DNA from: a virus
Lineage: Duplodnaviria > Caudoviricetes
Virus record (IMG/VR): IMGVR_UViG_3300032144_000013
Span: 1-53,944 of that record
DNA length: 53,944 nt
Direction: 5' to 3' (one strand)
How positions within the stretch are numbered: the first letter of the stretch is position 1; the number at the start of each line of letters is the position of its first letter. Of the stretch, positions 1-9,021 are shown piece after piece. Made by a program: the position numbers and the translations under genes. Below the pieces are notes generated by a model. The model did no database searches, was not told where the DNA came from, and saw only the letters and a program-made list of their open reading frames with translations.

Positions 1-1035
1 GTCGTGAGGCATTACGTCTAAGTCGGACACCTCCCCCCGTATGTCTTGTGTGCGATTGCACTTACGACTATTGCACCCATAGTGTGCCAATTGCAGGTTG
101 CATTCATCATTCGTCCCACCTCTGCTGAGTGGGATGATGTGGTCAATGGATGCGCACTGCGGATCAGGCGCACAGAGCTGTGCATCTACTGGCTCATCGC
201 ATAGTTGGCACACCCACCCATCACGATCACCGATGGTGCTCAACAGTGGGCGCACCTGATCTAGCATGCGCTTCCTGCATGCACGCATGTTGCCAACCTG
301 CTGGTCACGCTTCAGGCACTGGGTTGAGCAGTAGTTGCCCATACTCTGTATGTGCTGCTGCATCACACGCCTGCGAAACCGCTCCTTGCAGCGGAGGCAC
401 TCTCCTTCCACCATCACCCAGTTCGCCTGCATCCGCGCCTTGTGGATGGCAGTACACTCGTCGCTGCAACACAGAGACCGCTTCGACTTGTTGGTACGGA
501 ACTCCGTCTCGCAGACTTTGCAGCTCCGTTCTACGGTGGACATCTTCAGCCTTTCGTGGTGTGCCTTCTGCCTGCACTCGCCACTGCAAAACTTACGCTT
601 GTGTCCTCCATACGCCATTCCGCAGTAGCCGCATCTCTGAGAGGCGTTGGCCAGTCGCTTCCATGCGTAGGCGCATGATCCGCAGATGGGACGCCTTGCG
701 TTCCTGTGCTTTGGAGAACCGCAGCACTCGCAATACTGCGCCTTCACCTGTCGTAGCGCCTCGTGTTCGTCCCATTCATCCCCCGACAGGAACCGGTTCG
801 CGGGAGAGTCGAACCACGACTTCAGTCCACACTCGCGCCTCAATCTCTGAATTCCGATTCGCTTTCGTTGTTGGTCAACCTCGTACTGAATAACCGTTCG
901 GTAGCCCTCTTTTCGGGTCGCCTTTCTTTCCCACTTCCACGACGTTTGCGCGCATCGGTAATACACGACTCCATCAGCATCGAACCCATACGGCAGCGTC
1001 GGGTGCTGCGCCACAATCACAACGTCCGTACTCAT
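1..1035 (-). CDS. HNH endonuclease with several Zn-finger repeats, open at the window edge (missing from ORF track)
   Basis: Manual translation from ATG 1035 (MSTDVVIV...) is stop-free to base 1; contains CxxC and FCSxxC repeats and C-terminal RDGWVCQLC...IDHIIPLSRGGTNDECNLQLAHYGCNSRK. Confidence 0.88.
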   Translation of the reverse strand, partial: MSTDVVIVAQHPTLPYGFDADGVVYYRCAQTSWKWERKATRKEGYRTVIQYEVDQQRKRIGIQRLRRECGLKSWFDSPANRFLSGDEWDEHEALRQVKAQYCECCGSPKHRNARRPICGSCAYAWKRLANASQRCGYCGMAYGGHKRKFCSGECRQKAHHERLKMSTVERSCKVCETEFRTNKSKRSLCCSDECTAIHKARMQANWVMVEGECLRCKERFRRRVMQQHIQSMGNYCSTQCLKRDQQVGNMRACRKRMLDQVRPLLSTIGDRDGWVCQLCDEPVDAQLCAPDPQCASIDHIIPLSRGGTNDECNLQLAHYGCNSRKCNRTQDIRGEVSDLDVMPHD

Positions 1036-1045
1036 CTCGCTCCCT

Positions 1046-1369
1046 TCATCGGTTCTGTTTCGCTGAATTGCACGTTGCACACGCGCACTGGTGGTTGTCC
1101 TCGTCGTTGAACCACCGCTGATACTCCTCGCTGCCTACTGGCCCTTTGGTGCTCGGTGCCACCTTGTGGTCGATGTGAATGTCTGTGCTGTTCGCTGGCA
1201 GCAATCCCTTGCAGATACCGCAGTACGGTCCGTCTCGTTGGATCAGTGCGTAGATGCGTACCTTGCGAGTCTTCTGCCACTGCCATGTGTAGCCGCGTTG
1301 GTTGCTGCTGGCCCTGCGTTCTGGCCGCTTGGTCCTGCGTGGCCGTAGGGTCTTAGGTGCGGTTGGCAT
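1046..1369 (-). CDS. Terminase-associated HNH endonuclease (HK97 gp74-like)
   Basis: SSNQRGYTWQWQKTR...CGIC...IDHK...NHQCACATCNSAK; typical position upstream of terS. Confidence 0.88.
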   Translation of the reverse strand: MPTAPKTLRPRRTKRPERRASSNQRGYTWQWQKTRKVRIYALIQRDGPYCGICKGLLPANSTDIHIDHKVAPSTKGPVGSEEYQRWFNDEDNHQCACATCNSAKQNR

Positions 1370-1658
1370 TGCACATCGCGTTCAGTTCTGCCGTGAACCG
1401 TGGGGGAACCAGGAAGCTGCCATCTGGCTGCACTCCCGAGTCGAACCCGCAACGGTGGCACACCACGTCCGGAGTGAGGCCATCGCATTCCCAGCACTTC
1501 CGCTCCCACTTCTCTCCCCATTTGTTGCTGATGGGCGAATACCCAACGCTGGTAATCCGTGCCCAGAATCCGCGCATGGTGATCTTGGGCTTCGCCTTCA
1601 ACCCACACGCCGCAGCCACACCTGTGATTGCCGCCTTGATTGCGTTGCGTCGGTTCAT
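1353..1658 (-). CDS. Small protein with twin-arginine-like N-terminus and capsid-like C-terminal motif
   Basis: MNRRNAIKAAITGVAAACG start; DGSFLVPPRFTAEL near the end; ATGA-coupled to the upstream ORF. Confidence 0.65.
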   Translation of the reverse strand: MNRRNAIKAAITGVAAACGLKAKPKITMRGFWARITSVGYSPISNKWGEKWERKCWECDGLTPDVVCHRCGFDSGVQPDGSFLVPPRFTAELNAMCNANRT

Positions 1659-1903
1659 GACAGTCGCTCCAGAACTCGGAGTTCGTTGATCGACAGCATT
1701 CCGCGATTAATCGCCTCGTTGTGCATCCTGATCGCCGCCGTCATACGTCGTATGGCTTCATTCGCACGCTGCATTCCTTCGATAATCTGCGACTCGTCCA
1801 CTCTCACGGCATCCACGAGAGAGCCGGTCTTGTCCATCCCACACGCCGCAGCGATTCCAGCCGCAGCCGCCTTCAGCATCGAGCGTCGGTTCATGCTGTC
1901 CAT
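1655..1903 (-). CDS. Small protein with twin-arginine-like N-terminus and portal-like C-terminal motif
   Basis: MNRRSMLKAAAAGIAAACG; ends AINRGMLSINELRVLERLS; TGATG coupling at 1903. Confidence 0.65.
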   Translation of the reverse strand: MDSMNRRSMLKAAAAGIAAACGMDKTGSLVDAVRVDESQIIEGMQRANEAIRRMTAAIRMHNEAINRGMLSINELRVLERLS

Positions 1904-2598
1904 CACACGCACTCCACTCTCTTGTCTCCCTTGAATCGCGACCGATACCTCTTGTCAACCGGCCGGAAGATTGCGTCCTCTACTCCCCATCCGCGCATGA
2001 TGCGTCCCGTGATCGTGTGCCACTTCTGTCCTGTGATCTCGCACCACTCGGCTAGAGTTTTCGTCTCGCCGCGACACGTCAGAAGTCGGTTGCCCCGCTT
2101 ATTCCTGAGCTGCTGCTTGACTGTTGCCCAGCGACAGTTGTGCGGCTCGTAGTCTCCGTTTACGTCGATTCTGTCGAGAGAATGCTGATCCGATGGGCGC
2201 GGACCCATGTCCTGAAGAAATGCCTCAAACGATTGGTCCCATCTGTCGCACACCCGTATTCCTCGTCCGCCATAGTTCGCGTGCCTTGTGTCGCGGCACC
2301 GGAAACGCATCGACACCCATGTCCTGAACTCTGGCGTCAATCGCCCTACTCGCGCGCATCCATGAGTTGACGATCGTTTCGCCACCTTCTCGCGCATAAC
2401 GCATCCACAACTGATTGTGTTGCCGGACTTGAGACACGGACCGTGGACCCGCTTTTCTTGACCGCACTCACACCGACACAACCACAGCGTGTTGTGGTGC
2501 CTGTCGCTTCCGAGATATTCGACAACCTCCAACCTCCCGAATCTTTGTCCCACGAGAGACCTGAACGACCGACGCTTTCCGAGCTTGCGAAGCTCCAT
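1903..2598 (-). CDS. HNH-type homing endonuclease-like protein (YGGRGI family)
   Basis: GQRFGRL...WLCRCECG...SCGC...YGGRGIRVCDRW...SLDRIDVNGDYEPHNCRWAT; start set at MELRK. Confidence 0.85.
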   Translation of the reverse strand: MELRKLGKRRSFRSLVGQRFGRLEVVEYLGSDRHHNTLWLCRCECGQEKRVHGPCLKSGNTISCGCVMREKVAKRSSTHGCARVGRLTPEFRTWVSMRFRCRDTRHANYGGRGIRVCDRWDQSFEAFLQDMGPRPSDQHSLDRIDVNGDYEPHNCRWATVKQQLRNKRGNRLLTCRGETKTLAEWCEITGQKWHTITGRIMRGWGVEDAIFRPVDKRYRSRFKGDKRVECV

Positions 2599-2609
2599 TT
2601 GACAACTCC

Positions 2610-3023
2610 TCAGCATGAAACCAGTGACAGGTGCACGCAGTACGGCACCTGCCGACTCGTGCTCGTGGTAATCTCGCCCTTCAGAACGTACGTTCCCAGC
2701 GGCGCATCGTCCGCAAACGTGTACGCAATCGTGATTCCTTCGCCGCTCTCGACGATGCGGTCGTTGCACTCGGTGTTCGCGGCCACTGCTGCTGGAGTGC
2801 CGAGTTCCAGGTCATCGCCACCGGAGATTGTCCCCACGGTTGCGCCGGTCGGCTTGCTGATGCAGGACACGGTTGCCGAGCTGCACGATTCACCAGCAAC
2901 GAGTTGACGGCGCGGCTTCACGCCGACAGCCGTATCGACGGCGCTGTTGTCGCCCGCATCCCATACGAGCGTGCCCTTTTTCCCTTGCCGAACGTCTCTG
3001 TAGGTGATTCCGCCGTCCATCAA
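2610..3023 (-). CDS. Putative virion adaptor/structural protein
   Basis: Beta-rich 137 aa, translationally coupled at the end of a structural-like gene run. Confidence 0.45.
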   Translation of the reverse strand: MMDGGITYRDVRQGKKGTLVWDAGDNSAVDTAVGVKPRRQLVAGESCSSATVSCISKPTGATVGTISGGDDLELGTPAAVAANTECNDRIVESGEGITIAYTFADDAPLGTYVLKGEITTSTSRQVPYCVHLSLVSC

Positions 3024-3268
3024 TTGCTCTCTGCGCTAAACAGGTCAGGGTCAACCGGAGCCGTGAACCAGTCCATTTCGTGAGGTGCAGTAAAGTGCAG
3101 ATCGGGGACGACGGCGGCGGCTGCTCCCGCCACGATCCCCGCATAACTCCACAATCCGTGCTGTCTGTCCGCCTGGTCAATCGTGCTGTCGGGCGCAGGC
3201 CACTGCCCACGCCACGGACACTGCGGGTTGATCGCACTTGATCGGCGGTTCCTTGTGTCGATCGCCAT
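3020..3268 (-). CDS. Hypothetical phage protein
   Basis: MAIDTRNRRSSAI...PAPDSTIDQADRQH; overlapping start/stop with both neighbours. Confidence 0.6.
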   Translation of the reverse strand: MAIDTRNRRSSAINPQCPWRGQWPAPDSTIDQADRQHGLWSYAGIVAGAAAAVVPDLHFTAPHEMDWFTAPVDPDLFSAESN

Positions 3269-4683
3269 CAGGCACCCGTTGTGACCTCGCCGCGATCATA
3301 GGTGGTGCCGTTATCACTCACAGCCGCCTCCTGGTCCTTAGTGATTGCGTCGTCCGCGTACAGGGCGTATTCGCTGCTGGTCTGCGTGCTGCGGTTTCTC
3401 CATGCCTTGTAGAGATAGCCCAGCTTCGCCACGAGGCTTGCCGTGGCCGCTGGCGAACCCTGTCCCGGCTCTGCAAACGTGTCAGTGTTGAGCACGTCCA
3501 GCACTTCGGCGTTAATTTCCGCCTTTGCCGCCGTCGTGTGCGACGCGACGACAACGCCATCAGTCCCAGTGTCAGCAAGAATGGCATCGACGTCGGTCTT
3601 GAGTTGTTCGCCGAACGTGCCGGATGTTGTGTGCCCGCTCGTGGCCTCGTCCCACACGGCGTCGGCGTTCGCGGCGGCCGTGGGAATGCTCAGTGCTCCA
3701 ATTGCTGTAATCACGGCGTCATCCGCCGCTGTCAGCCCAGCACCAGCCGTGCCGATGTTGTCGCGGTTCGCTTCCAGAGAGTCGGTCGTTTCGTCGTATG
3801 TGCCACTGCCGCCGCCAGTCGCCCGCAGTTCCGTGCGCGCCGTACTGTTGCCGGTCTGCTTGCCGGCAATTAGCCCAAGCCACTGTGCGAGACTGGTGAT
3901 GCCCGTAAAGATCGCACTAATCGCCGGGATAGTCGTGGCGCTTGCCGTGTTTAGCGCCGATGCGTCGATCCGCGTGGCGTCATCGACCACGTAGGACAGG
4001 ATTTCGGCGTCAACATCAGCCGCAAATGTCGCCGCGTCAATCGCACCGTTCGCAATACTCGCCGCCGTAATCACGTTCGCAGCCAGCCCATTCACGGTGG
4101 TCACGTTCGTGGCCGTCGTCACCGTAGACACCGCGCCGCCGCTGGTGGTGATCGCTCCGGACGACACAATGGCTGTCGCCGCAATGTCGTTGAACGCTGT
4201 CTTGCCGGCTGAATCCGTCGGGAGACCGCCAGCCGCGCCTGCCGCAGCATCTGGAACAGCCGTCCCCGCCAGTCCGCGAGTCGTGCTGTACGCGCTATCA
4301 ATCAGCTTGTCATTGAGACCAGACGCCCGGAAACCGATCGTCGGGCCAACCCACGGCAAGATGCCCGTTGCAAATCCCGCAAACCACCCGACTCCCTCCG
4401 TGTCGTTGTTGATCGACGCGCCGCCACTTGCCGGGATTTCGATCGTGTAGAAGCCGTTCCCCTGATTCACCCAGTCGTAGTTCCCTCCCGTGTCCGTGGG
4501 AGTGACGGCCGTCTGAGTGAACGCTCCAGACGTCGTGATGAAGTTCCAGACGAGATCGAGACCGGCCTGGTTGTACGTGACCGACTCCTCGCGACTCTTG
4601 AAATCTCCGTCGTCGATCAGTTGTGCCTTGTTGATGGGCACTTCCGACAACGCGGTATCAACATCGACCCAGATGTCTGGCAT
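3268..4683 (-). CDS. Putative virion fibre/structural protein, Ala/Thr/Gly-rich
   Basis: 471 aa low-complexity A/T/G/D composition with ADAVWDEATSGHTTSGTFGE and DVDAILADTGT motifs of the kind seen in phage fibre-like proteins. Confidence 0.6.
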   Translation of the reverse strand: MPDIWVDVDTALSEVPINKAQLIDDGDFKSREESVTYNQAGLDLVWNFITTSGAFTQTAVTPTDTGGNYDWVNQGNGFYTIEIPASGGASINNDTEGVGWFAGFATGILPWVGPTIGFRASGLNDKLIDSAYSTTRGLAGTAVPDAAAGAAGGLPTDSAGKTAFNDIAATAIVSSGAITTSGGAVSTVTTATNVTTVNGLAANVITAASIANGAIDAATFAADVDAEILSYVVDDATRIDASALNTASATTIPAISAIFTGITSLAQWLGLIAGKQTGNSTARTELRATGGGSGTYDETTDSLEANRDNIGTAGAGLTAADDAVITAIGALSIPTAAANADAVWDEATSGHTTSGTFGEQLKTDVDAILADTGTDGVVVASHTTAAKAEINAEVLDVLNTDTFAEPGQGSPAATASLVAKLGYLYKAWRNRSTQTSSEYALYADDAITKDQEAAVSDNGTTYDRGEVTTGA

Positions 4684-4693
4684 TTTCTCGCTC

Positions 4694-5242
4694 TCACTGC
4701 TGCTGTCGGTAGTAGTACCACGGGTTGCCTGCAGCAGCAGCCGTGTAATCCACCTCGATGTAGATTTGCGTTAACTGCACCTCTTCGCCGGACGCCAGTC
4801 CGCCGGAGTTGACCCCGAACTCGGACAGCGGATTCGTCGCATCAACGCCGTTGACCTGGTCCACCGTCCATGCTGAGGCGGTATTGGGGTTGGTCGCCCA
4901 CGTCTGGAAGTAATCAGCCCATGACGTCGTCATGGCCTGACTGGTTCCGGTGGTGTTCGTACTGCCCACCCGGATCATCGGGGCCAAGGTGCATGCCCCG
5001 GCTGCCGTCCGCTGCGCGCGGAACCTCACCGTGACGCTGTTGATCGTGCTCCCGCCTGGAATTGAAAAAGCCGCGTGCGTGAACCGCTGAGTTCCGTTGC
5101 TGTTCTGCTTGAACACGAAGTCCGTGGCGTCGTTGGGAGAGCCGACGGGATCGTCGACGCACTCCCAGCGATTGCCCGCCGACGCCGTGAAGTCGTTGGC
5201 GACGGCGCTGTTGCCGGTCGGTACTCGTGTGTCAGTCGCCAT
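4694..5242 (-). CDS. Putative structural beta-sandwich protein
   Basis: 182 aa T/S/N-rich beta-type sequence (SIPGGSTINSVTVRFRA...NPNTASAWTVDQVN). Confidence 0.55.
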   Translation of the reverse strand: MATDTRVPTGNSAVANDFTASAGNRWECVDDPVGSPNDATDFVFKQNSNGTQRFTHAAFSIPGGSTINSVTVRFRAQRTAAGACTLAPMIRVGSTNTTGTSQAMTTSWADYFQTWATNPNTASAWTVDQVNGVDATNPLSEFGVNSGGLASGEEVQLTQIYIEVDYTAAAAGNPWYYYRQQQ

Positions 5243-5566
5243 TTAGCGGAGTTTGTTGAACAGTTGCAGAACGGCCGCGTTCACGTTGTCCACGGATGCG
5301 TTGGTCGTCAGCTTCCCGAGCGCGCTGTTGATCTCCGCAAACGCCGATTTGCAGTCCGCACCGGTGTTCTCGAATCCGAAGTGCGCTGATGCACCCGCGA
5401 AGTGCGCGTTCTGCGAACCATCACCGTCGATCATCAGGTTCATGGCGTCGCGTTCGTCGATCAGCTCCTCAAGACCACGCTCCAGATTGTCGAGCGCCCT
5501 GCGCAACTTGAACCCGTGCGGCGTGCCCGCGTCGAATGCGTAGTGATTGTCGGCCATGTCATTCAA
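5243..5566 (-). CDS. Hypothetical helical protein
   Basis: Abuts both neighbours in the same operon. Confidence 0.6.
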   Translation of the reverse strand: MNDMADNHYAFDAGTPHGFKLRRALDNLERGLEELIDERDAMNLMIDGDGSQNAHFAGASAHFGFENTGADCKSAFAEINSALGKLTTNASVDNVNAAVLQLFNKLR

Positions 5567-7118
5567 TCTCCTGAACTGAACCGGTTAGCCAGTACCCGCA
5601 ACGCTTGGCCCGTACAGTCCACGCTCCAACCTCAATCTCGCCGCTCAGATCACACGGCGTGTAGACGAACAGCAGCGTCTGTGCGACACCGGGAATCTCA
5701 GTCTCCGTAGCGTACACCCGGTTCGCCGTCGCGTCGTTCAGCGGGCACGCGAGAACGCGAGTCGTGCCTTCCCGCCAGTAGCGGTTGATCGTCGGGTGAT
5801 CTGCGATGCGTTTCAGTTGCCGCAGCAACGCCAGTTCGTAGTCTTCCACCGTGGCGTTCGCGACGTCGGTCCGGCCGATGGACAGCAGGTACTCCGCAAC
5901 GTTCGGCTTGGGGGCCACGAGTATCTGAGTCGGCAGCGTGTTCGCGTTGTCCCACCAGACCAATCGCACTTCCTTGCCCGGTGACTGCATCCGCCACGCC
6001 ATCGCGGTGAAGAATCCCGCACACGACTCAGGATCGACGATGGCGTGCTGTTGGGACTGATGTCCGGCGATGACAGCAGGCGGAACGATATCGACGCTCA
6101 ACTCGCGCCACGCTGATGTCTGCCAGTCTGCCTGATAGCTCGCCAGTGCCTGCTCGTGTTGTGGGCTGGTGAGCAAAGAATCCGAGTACCACCCGAGGTA
6201 CAGAGCGATGCTGGCCGTCGTGTTCTGGTGATTCTCGTCGAAGCTGCCGTAGCCGACTGTTCGAAGTTTCCCACGCCAGCCGTCCGTCAGTTCCGCATCG
6301 AATGCCGCATACAGGGCGTGGTACAGGGCATTCTCTGCCGCGTGAAACTCGGATTCACAGTCCTCCGGTTTCCTGTTCCGACGCTCATCCACCCAATCGG
6401 CCAGTTGCAGCGACTTGCTCTCCAGGTTGGCACGCGGCAACCATGCCAGCGTCACGACCGTCACCCGCGTACCATCCGGCAACTTGACCTTCTCGGACTT
6501 CTCAGAGCACAGTTCCTTGAACTTGACCCGCTCGCCTTCGTTGTTCTCGCGAAGGATGATCTCGGTGGGACTCGGCACAATCTCCTGCAGCCGACGCATC
6601 CACGCTCCTGTCGCCCACAACCGGCCGCATTCCTGCCACTTGCACACTGGCCCCACGGGGTTCGGCTCGGGCGTCTGATCCAGAGTGCCATCAATCTTCC
6701 GCCGCACGCACAACACCGACTCCCGCCAGTTCTCTTCCGTCAGCACCATGCGCGGGATCGTGGCATCGATCTCGCCGGTGATGTTGTTCATCCGCAGCAC
6801 GATCGGCCCGTTGTTCATCCGCGACAACAGCGGAGCATTGCCGTTCAGGATGCCGATCTGCTTCGGAACCCCGTCAACGATCGCCCCGCCTTCCCGCAGT
6901 GCCGCGTTAATCATGCGGATGGACGGCTCGACCGGATAACCGGCGTCAATCTGGGCCTGCTGCCACTGGTAGCCGTGGCCGTCGATGTGCCAGATGGAGA
7001 ACAGCGGGCCAGCAGACGACTGGACTTCATCTCCAGCCGGCCAGCCGCCTCCGCCCAGAAAAGGACCGTCGGCGCTTGCCGTGGAGACCAGCAGCAGGGT
7101 GGCGAGGATGATTTTCAT
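5559..7118 (-). CDS. Secreted protein of unknown function (519 aa)
   Basis: True start MKIILATLLLVSTASA-DG is a Sec signal peptide with an ASA cleavage site; ATGA overlap with the upstream ORF. Confidence 0.7.
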   Translation of the reverse strand: MKIILATLLLVSTASADGPFLGGGGWPAGDEVQSSAGPLFSIWHIDGHGYQWQQAQIDAGYPVEPSIRMINAALREGGAIVDGVPKQIGILNGNAPLLSRMNNGPIVLRMNNITGEIDATIPRMVLTEENWRESVLCVRRKIDGTLDQTPEPNPVGPVCKWQECGRLWATGAWMRRLQEIVPSPTEIILRENNEGERVKFKELCSEKSEKVKLPDGTRVTVVTLAWLPRANLESKSLQLADWVDERRNRKPEDCESEFHAAENALYHALYAAFDAELTDGWRGKLRTVGYGSFDENHQNTTASIALYLGWYSDSLLTSPQHEQALASYQADWQTSAWRELSVDIVPPAVIAGHQSQQHAIVDPESCAGFFTAMAWRMQSPGKEVRLVWWDNANTLPTQILVAPKPNVAEYLLSIGRTDVANATVEDYELALLRQLKRIADHPTINRYWREGTTRVLACPLNDATANRVYATETEIPGVAQTLLFVYTPCDLSGEIEVGAWTVRAKRCGYWLTGSVQEIE

Positions 7119-7357
7119 GGTCGTCCGAAGTAGACCTTGAATGCGCCGACGTGCAGAGTCCAACCGCATGTCTTGTAGGTGGCGTCGGGCCATATCTCGG
7201 CTCTCCGCTCCGGCCAGCCATGCCAGCACAAATGAGCGTGGTTTCCACCAGAAGACCAGCCCACGCGAACAGGCCACCACCGATACATCACGGGACGGTC
7301 CGGTCTCCTCCAGCTCTTGAAGAAGCCACGGAAGTCCCACAAAGGTTTTCTGCTCAC
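7115..7357 (-). CDS. Trp/Arg-rich hypothetical protein
   Basis: Stop overlaps the start at 7118. Confidence 0.45.
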   Translation of the reverse strand: MSRKPLWDFRGFFKSWRRPDRPVMYRWWPVRVGWSSGGNHAHLCWHGWPERRAEIWPDATYKTCGWTLHVGAFKVYFGRP

Positions 7358-7376
7358 CCGATCGCCTCCCTCGTGC

Positions 7377-7776
7377 TCACGACTCCGAAACCAACTCCCG
7401 CCGACATCCGACTGGAGTCTTTACTGCCTCGTCAGCGGACCACCCCAAAGTCAGACGCTTTTGAACCGTCGAAGGCATCAGTCCGAACTTCGCACTCCAG
7501 TCGGTCATGCACTTTGTTTCACCATCGATTGTCAGCAGCCTGTTCGATCGCCTGTTTCTCTGCTGTTGTGAAATTGTGGCCCATCGCACGTTTCCTGGTT
7601 CGTACCCGAGACTGTTATCGATGCGATCTATTGAATGAGCCTTCGACGGGCGCGGACCAATGTGTTCCAAGAATGCCTCGAATGACGATCTCCATTCGCT
7701 GCAAACCTGAATTCCACGAGCACCGTAGGACCAATTCTCGTTAGCTGGTTGAACTTCGTTGGACCGTCGCTTTCAT
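7377..7776 (-). pseudogene. Degenerate YGGRGI-family HNH endonuclease
   Basis: KRRSN...SYGARGIQVCSEW...SIDRIDNSLGYEPGNVRWAT is in frame, but there is an in-frame TGA at 7775-7773 and the ATG at 7776 is 1 nt out of frame; N-terminal half missing. Confidence 0.65.
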
Positions 7777-7870
7777 CCAATGTCACACTGATGTACCGTG
7801 TCATCCGTCGATCCTTTCATGCGAAGGGTTGACCACGGCTCCGGCTGATGACACAGCGCGGAGCCAATTT

Positions 7871-8071
7871 TCATTTCTCACTGACGAGTTCTCTCACACA
7901 CTGAACGACCGCATCACGCAGCGCTGACTCCCACGCATACTCCGACACGCATGGGAAGTGGTCCCGGTATTTCAGCAGGACGTGATGGCGAGTCTCCTCG
8001 TACGACTTCTGGCCCGACTGCCAGAAATCTTGAATCAGCCATTGCGTCCTTTGTTTGATGACCGGGTCCAT
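7871..8071 (-). CDS. Hypothetical protein
   Basis: 66 aa ORF in the operon direction. Confidence 0.5.
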   Translation of the reverse strand: MDPVIKQRTQWLIQDFWQSGQKSYEETRHHVLLKYRDHFPCVSEYAWESALRDAVVQCVRELVSEK

Positions 8072-8074
8072 GTG

Positions 8075-8233
8075 TCACTTCTGCCGCATCTTCGCCTCTT
8101 GAATCGCAATCCGAATCAACGCTTCGTTTCCTCGACGTTCCGCATCAATCACAGCAGCAGCCAGAGCCAATCCGAGAACCACAGACACTGCAAACACCAC
8201 AAACGGGAAGTTGCGGTCGCTGATTAGTTTCAT
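8075..8233 (-). CDS. Small single-pass membrane protein
   Basis: MKLISDRNFPFVVFAVSVVLGLALAAAVI. Confidence 0.55.
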   Translation of the reverse strand: MKLISDRNFPFVVFAVSVVLGLALAAAVIDAERRGNEALIRIAIQEAKMRQK

Positions 8234-8280
8234 TCGCTCACCCACACCCGGTACATCTGGCAGACGCCGTTGACCATTCG

Positions 8281-9012
8281 TCATCGCCGGCAGTTCGGGC
8301 AATAGGACGACTGAGACTGAATCCGAACCACCGGTGTCTGAATCGCCAGTTCCCGATACCCGCCGGCCGGTCCCGTCGGATTGCCGTTCGCGTCAACGTA
8401 GTGCCGGCTTCCGAACCGGGCATTGCAGGTGCAGGGACCGCGCTTGGTCCCCTTGCGGATCTCTTCCACGCACAGGCAGGCTTCCGTGTCCGTTCCCTTG
8501 CAGCAGCAGACGTGAACTCCGTCCTGCCCCTGTGAAGCGACCTCGCGGGCGTCCGGCTGTGTCTCGAGCCATTCCCGCAACAGGTAGTCCAGTCTCTTCC
8601 CGTTCAGAGTCTGGAGGCCGCGCAATCGCATCCAGCCGTTCGATGAATTCCCGGACTGCCAGTAGAACCACGGGCCGTCGACCATCCAGTCCTCAAGAGG
8701 CCACTTGACCACCCGGAACGGCAGCGACGCTTCCCCGACCTTCTCAATCTCGGACAGCAGCGCGTCGCAGACCGAGCACGATTCGGGCGCGTACATGCGC
8801 ACGATTGGCCGGGAATCCTGCGCGTCAGAAGGTGGCACCGGGGCCGCGACTGGAGCGCCAACAGCCCCGGTGCCGGGGGAAATCGCATCCTGCGACGTAC
8901 TGCCGGAATCCGCCGGCAGAGATAGCGAGTCACCTCCTTCCAGAGACGGACGTGGAGACTCGAAACCCGTCAACAGCAGCAACGCGATGATTCCGGCGAT
9001 CGTGGTCTTCAT
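8281..9012 (-). CDS. Exported thioredoxin/glutaredoxin-like protein with Cys-rich C-terminus
   Basis: Signal peptide MKTTIAGIIALLLLTG; IVRMYAPESCSVC (CxxC); ends YCPNCRR. Confidence 0.6.
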   Translation of the reverse strand: MKTTIAGIIALLLLTGFESPRPSLEGGDSLSLPADSGSTSQDAISPGTGAVGAPVAAPVPPSDAQDSRPIVRMYAPESCSVCDALLSEIEKVGEASLPFRVVKWPLEDWMVDGPWFYWQSGNSSNGWMRLRGLQTLNGKRLDYLLREWLETQPDAREVASQGQDGVHVCCCKGTDTEACLCVEEIRKGTKRGPCTCNARFGSRHYVDANGNPTGPAGGYRELAIQTPVVRIQSQSSYCPNCRR

Positions 9013-9021
9013 GGGGAGTCC

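Noticed and set aside
150-893. ORF-track calls 150-893(+), 305-589(-) and 593-775(-)
   Set aside because: Shadows of the real HNH frame 1-1035(-), which the track missed because it has no stop codon
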